Shown piece after piece: positions 1 to 10,090 of a stretch of DNA of 20,000 nucleotides. Origin of the DNA: Psammoneis japonica (lineage: Eukaryota); the NCBI GenBank assembly GCA_008632985.1, contig QPGO01000222.1, positions 49,205 through 69,204 of the forward strand, in the 5' to 3' direction. The notes under the pieces are model-generated. The model did not search any database, was not told where the DNA came from, and saw only the letters and a program-made list of their open reading frames with translations. Position numbers and translations under genes: made by a program. Within the stretch, counting starts at the first letter, position 1, and every line of letters begins with the position of its first letter.

Positions 1-700
1 CAATGCAAGGCATCTTTTGAGCAAAAGGCTGATCAGCTCTTCCCTGTGGGCCAAGCATTTGCAAGTTGTGCCCAACTGGCAAAGGCTGCAAAGCTTTTTT
101 TGGACATGTGGGGTGTCATGAGTTGTCACAAGCAAAAACGAGTAAATTGTTTCCACTCTGTGAGCACCAAGAAAAGCAAAAGAAAGGCTCAGCCGCTTGC
201 TGAGAACTCCAGCAGTCGCAATGTGGGCCCATCCTTGAAAAAGCAATGCAAATGCCCACTTCACATTGAGCACAGTTTTGTGAGGAAAGTCAAGGATCCA
301 TTCACAGGAAAGGTTTGGCCTGACATGTTTTGCAATGTCAAGATGACAGGTGCCGTGTACAAACACACGTGTGACCTCCACACGGTTTCCCATCGAGTGG
401 CAAAGCAAGCAAGTGGCTCAATTCAACCGAGCTCAGAGGGGCTCCAAAGCACCATTGATGATCTCAGGCTTGAACCTTGCATGAAAGCCGAGGATCTGCG
501 TCCAAAGCTCCTCAAGCATTTGCCGTTGCACATCGGATGCAAAATTCATCAGAACGCAAAATTCATCAGCAACTTTCGCAGCCTTGTCAGCAAATGGACA
601 TTGCAGCATGAGGAAGACAAAGAGGGTGTTGTGTGAAGATCTGCAGCAACTTGCATCAAAGCACCCCATTGCATCAGATGAACTTGTTGTGCCAACCTTT
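1..700 (+). mobile_element. Degenerate Mutator/MULE-like transposase N-terminal fragment (FAR1/WRKY-GCM1-type Zn-finger region), running in from the window edge
   Basis: Frame 1 is open from base 1 to 636 (..LFPVGQAFASCAQL..W..; CKCPLHIEHSF..PDMFCNVKMT..YKHTC). The CxC...HxC spacing resembles MULE-associated Zn fingers from recall, not from a search. The reading continues frameshifted after ~625 (LCEDLQQLASK). No DDE domain is visible. Almost no TpA, with excess Cys/His. Confidence 0.45.
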
Positions 701-779
701 GGCATCAGATGGTGTCAGCATGCATGCTGTGCAAGCCCCGTTTGGCACCTTCAACATTCCATGGGTGGAGAAGTGGCAG

Positions 780-1380
780 TTCCAGCAGCAGCAGGTGCAG
801 TGCAAAGTGCCTTTCTCACAGCCTGACTGGTGCTGTGTCCCCTTCTTGTCACCCGACTGTAGAAATTGCAGTGGCAGCAGCAGAGGCTCTTGCAGCAGCA
901 GCAGCCAGTGGCAGTTGTTGCCCCACCAGAGTGGCAAGTGACAACAGCCACAACTGCAGTTGCAGCAGCATTCACAGCGGGAGTGCCGCAGTGATGCCCT
1001 GTCCCCTTCTCATCACCCAGCTGGTGCCGCACCCCCTTCCAGCCACACAACAATCTGAGTGGCCATGGGGACAGATGTCAATGCAAAACAAATGGGTTGA
1101 GAAAACAAAGAAAGAGAGTCAGCGCTGAGAATGTGTGTGAGATGTCCACCACAGCACTGCACCTTGTCCCCTTGTTGTCCTCAACCAACCAAAGGAATCC
1201 CTGTCCACAGCAGTTGCAGCTGCAGCAGCAGTCACATCAACAGCAGTCACAGCAACAGTTTTCGCCCCCCCACAAGAGTCGCAAGTAAAAACAGCCACAG
1301 CAGCAGCTGTGGCAGCAGTTGCAGCAGCAGTTGCAGTGGCAGCACCACATCCCCTTCTTGTCACCCAAGAGTTGATGCAG
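780..1380. repeat. Degenerate CAG/GCA-rich tandem repeat region, period about 165-185 bp
   Basis: A tgtccccttcttgtcaccc-like motif recurs near 836, 1000, 1165 and 1348, separated by (gca)n/gcagtt runs. Confidence 0.6.
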
Positions 1381-2130
1381 AGAGTGCGTGCTGGATGTGC
1401 TCACCATGGAGCATGAGATGGAGATTCAGAGACAACAAGCAACAAGCTGGGTGCGCGCACAAATTCTGCCTCTGCAAGAAGCCATTGAGAAATGCAGCAG
1501 TGCTGGAAGAGAGAAACAGCATCAAAGACAGCACACTCACTCACCAGAACTCGCCAGTTCAACAACATTGTCGGCAGCAGCAGGGAAAAACACTCCAAAC
1601 ACACCAGCCAGCCAAAAGGAGTGAAAACACCAGAAACTCCGGAGGTGCAAACAAACAAACACCAACATCTCACTCAGCGTGCATTGGCTCCCACCCACAC
1701 AGTGTCATCCCAGTGACATTCAATTTATGAACGGGGCCAAGTCTCCACAATGCTGCAGTGCTGTTCTCAGCGAGCGATGACTTGGACGACGCTTCCAACT
1801 GCCGTGTGTGCTGTGTGCCGGGCATGCGCTTGTGTTGACGCGTGTTTTTTTTTTGTTCTTTTCGCGGTGCTCGACAACACTGCATTATTATGGCATACAA
1901 GCACAGTTACGTCTCGTACACATGATGCGATTTATGCTTTTATATAATTCTGAAAATGTCAGGTAATGATGATGTCGTTTGCAATCTTCAGGACCTCATA
2001 AATCTGAATGCATAATGCACTGACCAAGCGTCTGGCCGTGGGGAGTTTGGGGCGGGAAAATTCGAGAACCTGATGGACGACAGACGTGGTGCGGATTTGG
2101 TGCGCGCGCGCGGAAGTCCGTGGTGCGGAG

Positions 2131-2259
2131 TTAGACTCTACCGGTACTCTCTACTCTATCTCTAGCTAGTAGCTACAAGGAGTACGGTAGAGAGTAGCTA
2201 GCTAGAGAGAGTAGAGAATATAGAGAGTAGCTAGCTCTAGCTAGAGTAGAGAGTAACTC
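2131..2259. repeat. Low-complexity TAG/CTAG/AGAGTAG tract with imperfect inverted symmetry
   Basis: Left arm actctctactctatctctagctag is complementary to right-arm ctagctagagagagtagag units; very TpA-rich. Confidence 0.75.
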
Positions 2260-3060
2260 TCATGAGGAGCCAAGGTTTCGTTCCGGCGCACCAAGATGCC
2301 CGGAGAAAGATGCGAGCTGACAACCAACGACGCAAGGATTTTGCACATCTCTGAAGGGAAGACAGAGCATTGTCGTTCAGACCTGAGCTGGGTCCAGAGG
2401 ATGAGGGTGGTCCCAAACATTGTGCTGGCACATGACATCGGAGAGTTTCTCAATGCTTCGGTCAACACCTGTGCCGGCATGCAGCGGTGAACTCACTGTG
2501 CCGCTTGTCCGTCCTGAGAACCCAAGCATTGACATTCCCCTCAAGGAATGATGGTTTTCCGGTCTTTGTGGGGACCCACGCGGAACTTGACAGTGAAGCT
2601 TCTTTTGATCGTCATGATTGCTTTCATTGGATGCTGGGCAGGCTGTGCGACGGCTTCGCGATAATGACACTGTCGTTGACCTGTGGCGAGCCCAGCTTTT
2701 CGCATGTTGTTTCCCAAGATTGACTTCGTTTTTCTTGCACGATGTCGCGCTTGTTGCAAGGTATCTTGGATTCAATGCCGACGCATCGGAAGCACGGCCT
2801 TGCCTTCCAGTTGAAACAGTTGGTGACACTCCCCCGAAGTGGGACGACACGACTCCAATCTATCTACGCGCAACCATTCTTTGTTTTCGAGACACTGTTG
2901 AGTACGGTAATTTCATCCCGGTGAATGTCTACGTCACATTCGAACTCGTGATATGCTTGTATCATCTTTCTAGTTAACCTTTTCCAAGATATGTATCACA
3001 CGAAGATCGACACTCGAGCTGTTGCACCAAGTAATTCACTCATAACGTCAAAAGAAAACA

Positions 3061-3992
3061 ATGGCAAAGACATCAACTGAGTGCTCGAGGGAGTGGAGGG
3101 CCCGCCTAATCGAAGCGAAAGGACTCGAAGGGTACCAGAAAGAACGTCAGCTTGAAGTCAAAGAGTGTCGCAAGAAGATAGAGGAGGAACAAGAAAACGG
3201 GACTTCAGAATTCCTTTCTGCAGTCAAGGTGCATCTAAAGGACCATGGGAAGGAGCGTGGACACCTTCTGGGTAGCCAAGCGGAGGAGCGCAAGCCTTAT
3301 GCGAGATTGATTGGTGCGAAACCGACCGCAACAGAGAGCCACGAACGTCATCACGACGAGGACTTGTCGGATGGTGAGATACTCGAGCAGGAGCACGAAC
3401 CCGCCTTGGTGGACGAAGAGGAATGCTCTGACGACGAGGAAACTAGTGTCGGAAACCTTCGTGGACCCAACAAGCACTGGAAAAAGGGCGACAGGATAGT
3501 TTTACCCTTTACCACGGAGCGTCGAGAGGTCTGCCCTGACTTGAACAATCATGCCTAAATCTCCACGGTTGGATCGAGGCTTTTCCATGAAGCGTTTGAA
3601 ACCTACGTGCCGGTAGAGAAAAAGAAGAGTCTCGGTTTGATCTTAGGACAAGTCGCAGATGACTTGGACAGTAGGGCTCTTCAGAGCCTGCGGTACATTC
3701 TAAATCACCGCAACAGTGTTCAGCATAAAAGTGGTCGTACCGGTTGAACAACCGTGAGTTGTACGGTAAGGAGTTGGTATTTGTCCTGGATAAACTCTGT
3801 CCGGAGTGGGAATTGATACCCGACAACCCCGAAGCGCAACGCGTCTACGAAAACAACGCGATGACGCATACGCAGAGCTTGATGATGCAAATGCAGAGAT
3901 TAGGCGGCTTGGGCGAGAGCTGTCCAGCCGCCAACATGATGCCGACTACCACCGACCGACAAAGCGCCCCCGCCGAGATGACTATTGAATAA
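3061..3992 (+). pseudogene. Disrupted orphan ORF with charged/acidic N-terminus and an RNxxxH motif
   Basis: ATG ORF 3061-3558. The same frame stays open past TAA 3556-3558 to TGA 3745-3747 (..LQSLRYILNHRNSVQHKSG..). Protein-like sequence then continues in another frame to 3992 (LNNRELYGKELVFVLDKLCPEW). Confidence 0.4.
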
Positions 3993-4269
3993 TAGATTGC
4001 CAGCATTATCGCGCATCAGATGGGATACTACTTCTGTTGTAATTAACTTCTATAACTAACGTCTCTGGAATCAGTTGTAACACATCATGTACGGTATGTA
4101 TAGCAATACTGCACGAGTGTGATTTTAACGAATCGACTACTTTTTTGAGGCGTCCGGTTGGACACTAGGATAACACCATTCTCGAGCCACGGCTTTACCT
4201 ACCGTTACTGGATCGGTGGGAAGGAGAGACTTGCGCTGAGAAAAGCCTCCTCAATAAATTTCCCAATAA

Positions 4270-4375
4270 TCAAAAGCAAAGACTGGATGGACAGAACGCT
4301 TGTTCCTTGGTTTGTTTGCCTCTTGCGATTCTCCTGACGGTTTTCGCCTTTCTTCTTTCCGCGCTTGTCCTTCTG
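4270..4375 (-). repeat. Diverged partial duplicate of the NOP2 3' coding end
   Basis: acagaacgcttgttccttggttt...tttcttctttccgcgcttgtcctt at ~4291-4372 matches ~4678-4758; it encodes [11 protein letters not shown] vs [11 protein letters not shown]. Confidence 0.85.
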
Positions 4376-4577
4376 ATATAGTTTTGTTTGTGATTATAAG
4401 AGTTGCGTGTGGTTCACAAGTCTCCAGTGTCGGTGCGGATTCGCTCTTTAGATGTAGTGTTAACATGTGCTATATCTTGCATAAACCTAGTACCATATGC
4501 ATTATTGGAAGCTTTGAAACGCTTTGGACTTTCTTAGGGCTGTTATATAGTTTCGAGTGTACTCTGTCAAAGGCACT

Positions 4578-6520
4578 CTAGTTTCCCGTATCCTGCTTCT
4601 TTGGTCTTCTCGGTTTCATCGTCTTGGCGTTCAACTTCTTCAACTTTTTCTTTTTGTTTTCAGTGGAGACTGGAGGGACAGAACGCTTGTTCCTTGGTTT
4701 CTTTTCCTCTTGGGCTTCCTGTTGGTGTTCGGCTTTCTTCTTTCCGCGCTTGTCCTTGTTTGAATGTTCCTTGCTAGACTTTTTCTTGTCCTTGTCATTG
4801 GCTACTGTTTCGCTTGGTAGTGCCTCATCGACATTGGTCTCTTCCTGTACGGTATCCTGAGGCTGACGAGGGCCATTTAGCTTTTGAATTCGTGCAACAA
4901 AGAATCCATCCATATTGTGAACATGAGGGTAGAAACGCCGTGTCAAAGCCAAGGATGGGTGAAAACGTTTGTTCTGGTATCGCGTGAAACCAGGTTTGCC
5001 TGTGCGACGCAATAACAAAAGTATGTGAGACGGCTATTGTTGAATAGCAACATGGACTTGCTAAACACAACACAACACTATTTGGTCCCCGTACCAAATT
5101 CCAATTCCGCTGGAACAATCTTAATGTTGCGTTTCGTCAAGGCATATTGGACTACTTCTTCGTTTTCTGCCACTGCAACACTACAAGTCGAGTATACCAT
5201 GAATCCACCTCCTTTGGCCTTGGGGTTGAGCGCGTCAATAGCACTCAGCAACAATTCCTTTTGCAAATGCGCCGTGCGGTTAATATCCGCCATGGTGCGC
5301 TGCACCTTGACGCTGGAATCTCTGGAAATGACACCCAATCCGGAGCATGGAGCGTCGAGCAAGACCCGATCAAACTTGTTTTTAAACATGCTACCGAGTT
5401 TGCGTCCATCCACGACGGACGTTACTACATTTTTGACTCCTAGGCGGTGCATATTGGCAACCGTTGCTTTTTGTCGGTCTGCCTTGAGATCATTGGCAAC
5501 AATGTAGCCCGTGTTTGCCATGAGCTGAGCAATATAGGACGTTTTTCCACCCGGCGCCGCAGACATGTCCAAGACCTTTTGATTCCGCTGTGGATCTAGA
5601 GCCAAGACGGGGCACATGCTGGCGGCACTCTGCAACATGTACTGGCCACTCAAAATACTCGGGAGTAGCACCAATCGGAATATTGGAAGCCTGAATCAAC
5701 AATCCCACTTTGGACCAGGATGCCAATGGATCAAGCGTAACGCCACGTTTCATGAGAGACGCCGCTAGATCCTTACGTCGAACCTTGAGTGTGTTGGTCC
5801 TTACGACAAGAGGCGAGTGACATCCGAAGCCATGACAAACTCCCATGCTTCCGACGGCCCAAGCATGCTGACAATGTACTCCATCAACTCTGGCAAGTAT
5901 CCATAGAGTTCCGCCATGTCAGCAATCAACTGATCCATGTATTCACTCCGAGACCGGTGTGTCTGACGACGTGTTTTAAAGTCGGCCAACACTTCTAAAA
6001 TTCCTTCAATCCGCTCGCGCAATTCCGAAGGCGGTACGACTCTGTCTTGTTCTTCTTCCAACTCTTGCGCCGTTGGTAAACGAAATTTGGCTGTCGACTG
6101 ATTAATCATTCTCTGGTATTCGTCGTGTGCCTCCTTTTCCTCTAATTCCATTTCTTCGTCTACCTGTTGCGCTTGACGTTCCACTTCCAAGAGTTCATCA
6201 TCATCTTTGTCACTATGTTCCTCGTCCGAGGACAACAACAATTGCGACTTGTTTTTGCTGCCTTTTGGCTTGAGCCATGATGCGTTTTCATCCGTATAGA
6301 AGTTTCCCTCCTTTTCATCGCTACTGCTGCTTTCATCGTCACTGCTACTTTTCTCGTCCGCCGTTTTGGTTTTTGGTTTTTTGACTTGTGGCTCATCCTC
6401 GCTGGACGTTTCGTCGTCACTGCTGCTGTTTTCTTCTTCTTCTTCTGACGACGACGAAGACGAGTCTGTTTCCTCGTCCGAGCGCTCGTGATCGACCTTC
6501 ATGGTACGCTTTTTCTTCAT
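4578..6520 (-). CDS. NOP2: 25S/28S rRNA cytosine-C5 methyltransferase NOP2/NSUN1 (two exons: 6520-5095 and 4999-4578)
   Basis: Acidic N-terminus, then [57 protein letters not shown] and [15 protein letters not shown], with a Lys-rich tail. Apparent 1-bp loss at ~5812 and 1-bp gain at ~5653. The start codon is uncertain (6520, or 6571). Confidence 0.95.
5000..5094 (-). other. Spliceosomal intron of NOP2 (95 nt, phase 1)
   Basis: G|GTACGG...GCACAG|GC; splicing restores [11 protein letters not shown]. Confidence 0.9.
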
Positions 6521-6882
6521 GGAACAATTGCAGAAACTGAGTGTTACTTTGGCGAGCTTGGGCAACGACATGTACACAAAAATGAGGAACAGCTCTTGGC
6601 TCTTGGCGGCATTTTTTGATGGCTCTGCAGCGGCCACATGGGGAGACGGACAGGCCAAAAAATCTTTATATCATCTACGTTCACAGTGATCTTTCATTGG
6701 AATCTAATGCGTAGAATTCTACAAGAAGATCCAGTACTGAGCGCCATGGTGGGCTTTGCCCCATCCGAAAAACACACTCGTGCTGTTGTCATGATGCGGT
6801 CATTGTATGCCGCGCCGTCCACATCCGACATGATATCACCTTGCCAACAGTTTGTAGCTATTACACCAAATTACACGCAACA
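6521..6882. promoter_or_regulatory. Putative bidirectional promoter between divergent NOP2 and DPAGT1
   Basis: About 360 bp separate the head-to-head start codons; inferred from geometry only. Confidence 0.5.
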
Positions 6883-8546
6883 ATGATGCTTCAGCCACGA
6901 CGAAGCAACATTGTACTTGCCCTTATTCCAATGATGCCACCAGCGTTGTTGTTGGCTCGGCAGCTACCGGCGAATCCCTTGCCGATTTTCGTCGGGTGGA
7001 TTCGCTTTTTCATGAGCAGCTCTTCTCGTGTGGGAAACGACAAGGATGCCATTCCACCCGTAGAGTCACAGCTCTTGGCATACCTCACCATGGCTGTACT
7101 CGGATACATTGCTACAAACAACTTGGTACCGAAAATAAAGGTAAGAGGCTGATTGAGTACTCTACTGTTTTTTTTTGTTTGCTCTGACCTGAAGCAAAGC
7201 GCAAAAACTGAACTTTGTTTTGTTCCAACTTGAACTACTTAGGCCTATACATTACGAAAGGGTATATCAGGAAGGGATTTGGGGAAAACGTGGGACTTCC
7301 ATTGCAGATAAGGAAATGTAAGGGCAACATCCAGACATGGGATCTTACTCGGTTGTTGTCTCGTTCTCCATCGCGAAACGTATTTTTTGCTCAGAGCTTT
7401 GCCTCTTTTGTTTTCAACAGACCGGAAGCTCTTGGCATTGTCCCTGGTGCAATATTTCTTATTTGTCTAATTGTCTGCCTTGTTGGATATGCCACATCTC
7501 ATCCCGACAAGGTAAGCATACGAAAGAAAAAGCAAAGGCCGTTGTCCTTTTTCTTGAAAGAATATCTGATGTAACGTCTCTTTTTGTAGTTGCTGGACTG
7601 TAATTCAGCACTGCTCTCCATTTGCTTTATGCTATTCCTGGGCTTTACAGACGACGTCTTGGAATGGCCTTGGCGATACAAGTTGCTCTTGCCCTTTTTT
7701 GCATCGCTGCCTCTCCTTTGTTGCTATGACGGTAGCACCACAATTGTCATTCCCATTCCACTCCGTCAATTGCTGGCAAGTGATGGAAACTTTACCTTAC
7801 TCGGTGCAATTCTAAGAGACCACTTTTACATGCCAGCCGATGGGTCCAATATTGATTTGGGACTCTTGTATAAGCTTTACATGTTGGCGCTTTCTGTCTT
7901 TTGCACCAATGCAATCAATATTTACGCCGGCATTAATGGATTGGAAGCTGGTCAATCGTTTGTCATTGGTTGCGCCGTGCTTGTACATAACTTGATGGAG
8001 ATATCGTTGCACGACCGAAACGATCGAATCCGGGAGAACCACTTGTTTTCTTGCATGACCATGCTGTCCTTTGTGGGAGTCACATTGGGATTGTTGCGAC
8101 ACAATTGGTATCCGGCCTCCGTCTTTGTGGGGGATACGTACTGCTACTTTGCAGGCATGACCTTTGCGGTGGTGGGGATATTGGGGCACTTCAGCAAGAC
8201 TCTGCTCTTGTTTTTCATTCCGCAAGTACTCAATTTTGTATGGTCGGTTCCTCAACTCTTTCGATTTGTACCGTGTCCAAGACATCGATTGCCCCGTTTG
8301 AATGAAGAGACGGGTCTCATGGAAGCGTCAACGTTTCCTTGTGAACCACATCAATACAAGCTACTCAAGAAGAAACCGGACGACACGGCAGTTCCAAACA
8401 TGACTGTGATTAATCTATGTTTACAACTATTTGGGCCAATGAATGAACGAACACTTTGCATTGTGCTCTTGGGATTTCAAATATTATGTTGTGCCTTTGG
8501 GCTCTTCCTGAGATATCGCATTGCACAGTACGTATTTGAAGAGTAA
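6883..8546 (+). CDS. DPAGT1: UDP-GlcNAc:dolichyl-phosphate GlcNAc-1-phosphotransferase (exons 6883-7140, 7243-7317, 7421-7511, 7590-8546)
   Basis: Motifs [63 protein letters not shown] and CPRHRLP. Three GT-AG introns (7141-7242, 7318-7420, 7512-7589). Exon 2 is 75 nt where 74 is needed, implying one extra base in ggggaaaac at ~7285. Confidence 0.95.
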
Positions 8547-8595
8547 AAGAAAAGCTAAACAAAATGGAATGGGAATATTTTTACATTGACCACAG

Positions 8596-8990
8596 CATTA
8601 CGGGACGGAAGCAGCGTCTCGCAGCAGATATACCGGACAGCCCTATGGTACCTAGCTAGCTATATTGTAGTAGAGATCTGGCATTCTACCCCGCTAAAGT
8701 GAATTCTGTTTCCACCACACAACCTAACAAACAAAGCATACATGCCACCAATCGTTGGTCATCTTTCTGCTTAACTGCTTCTCCAGTTCATTACGAGACG
8801 GAAGCAGCGTCTCGCTGCAGATGTTCCGGACAGACCCTACCTATGGTACCTACTAGCTAGCTACATAGTAGTAGAGTTCTGGCATTCTTCTTCACTAAAG
8901 TGAGTTCTGTTTCCACCGCACAACCTAATACAAAAAGCATAGATAGCACCAATCGTTGCTTATTTTTCTTCTAAACTGCTTCTCTAGTAC
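8596..8990. repeat. Diverged tandem duplication (~195 bp x2) between the convergent DPAGT1 and glutaredoxin 3' ends
   Basis: cattacgRgacggaagcagcgtctcgc...ctaaagtgaRttctgtttccacc...caccaatcgttg...aactgcttctc starts at ~8596 and again at ~8790. Confidence 0.9.
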
Positions 8991-10090
8991 TTTCTCGATT
9001 TCGTTGCTGTACCCCACTGCTTGAGCAACTCCTCCAGTTCTCCGTTTTCTTCCATTTCCTTGAGGATATCTAAACCACCAATCAAGTCTCCCTCGACGTA
9101 AAGTTGCGGGGTAGGTTGGCCAATCAGAGTACTTCTTAAGCCCTTGGCGTACTTCTTCATCCTCCAAGATATTGAAAGAATCGTAACTGGCACCGTGCTT
9201 GTCCAACAACTCAACGGCCTGTCGCGAGAAACCACATTGAGGCGCAGACGGCAGGCCCTTGAGAAAAAGCATGATACGATGCCGCTTTACGAGTTTGCTC
9301 AAGCGTTCGTCCAGTGATTCCTCCTCTTGCTGACTTGGTGCACCACTAGAGCCACCTGCTTGTTCATCAACTCCAAGCTGAGCAGCTAGATTACCGCTCT
9401 CGGAATCCTCCATCATTTCCTTGACGATATCCAATCCACCAATCAACTCGCCATTGACATAAAGCTGCGGATACGTCGGCCAATCTGAAAACTTCTTTAA
9501 CCCTTGACGGACCTCTTCATCTTGCAATATATCAAAAGATCCAAACTCGACCTGGTTTTCTTGCAACAACTCACAATTTGCCGTGAAAAGCCACAACGAG
9601 GAGCCGTTGGATTGCCCTTCATGAAAAGCATCACGGTTGTACTAGTCGTCAAGCGCTTCAACTTGTCATTCAGATCCTCTTTTTCTTCAGTCAGAGCAGC
9701 AGCTGGTGCAGCATTTGAAGGTGCGGCCATGCTGTTTGTGCTGCCGTTCTTGATTCTTTCCTCCAATGCCTTGACTGCTTGCGTGACGAGCGCGACATCT
9801 TCGACCCCATCTAGTTTCTGTACTAGCGTATTTGTAGACGAATCCAAAAGACACACGGTAGGAATCACAGTGACGCCCAGTTCTTGAACCAAGTCAGGAC
9901 ACGCTTCAGCCTCGACACGGCCGAATTGAATGCCGGATGACGAAATGGATGCGAGCGCCTGCATCACACTGTAGATATCGCCGCCCTCAACCGATCCGTC
10001 GTGCCATGATGCGCCAAAGAGTAGCACAAGACCACCGGTGACAGGTGGTGGTAGCTCTGAAATGTCAACGAGACGAGACGAAGAAGACAT
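8984..10090 (-). CDS. GLRX3: Multidomain monothiol glutaredoxin (thioredoxin-like domain + two CGFS Grx domains; GLRX3/PICOT/Grx3-4/GRXS17 class)
   Basis: N-terminal Trx-like region (LLFGASW...FGRVEAE..P..V..IPT), then [37 protein letters not shown] and [37 protein letters not shown]. Apparent 1-bp loss at ~9572 and 1-bp gain at ~9110. Confidence 0.93.

Noticed and set aside
433..1950. Many overlapping ORFs on both strands (polyQ/S/A, Cys/His-rich)
   Set aside because: These are a by-product of missing TAA/TAG stops in TpA-free DNA; no domain evidence.
5650..5815. Programmed ribosomal frameshifting in NOP2
   Set aside because: No slippery heptamer or structure is evident, and similar single-base indels affect all three conserved genes, pointing to sequence error.
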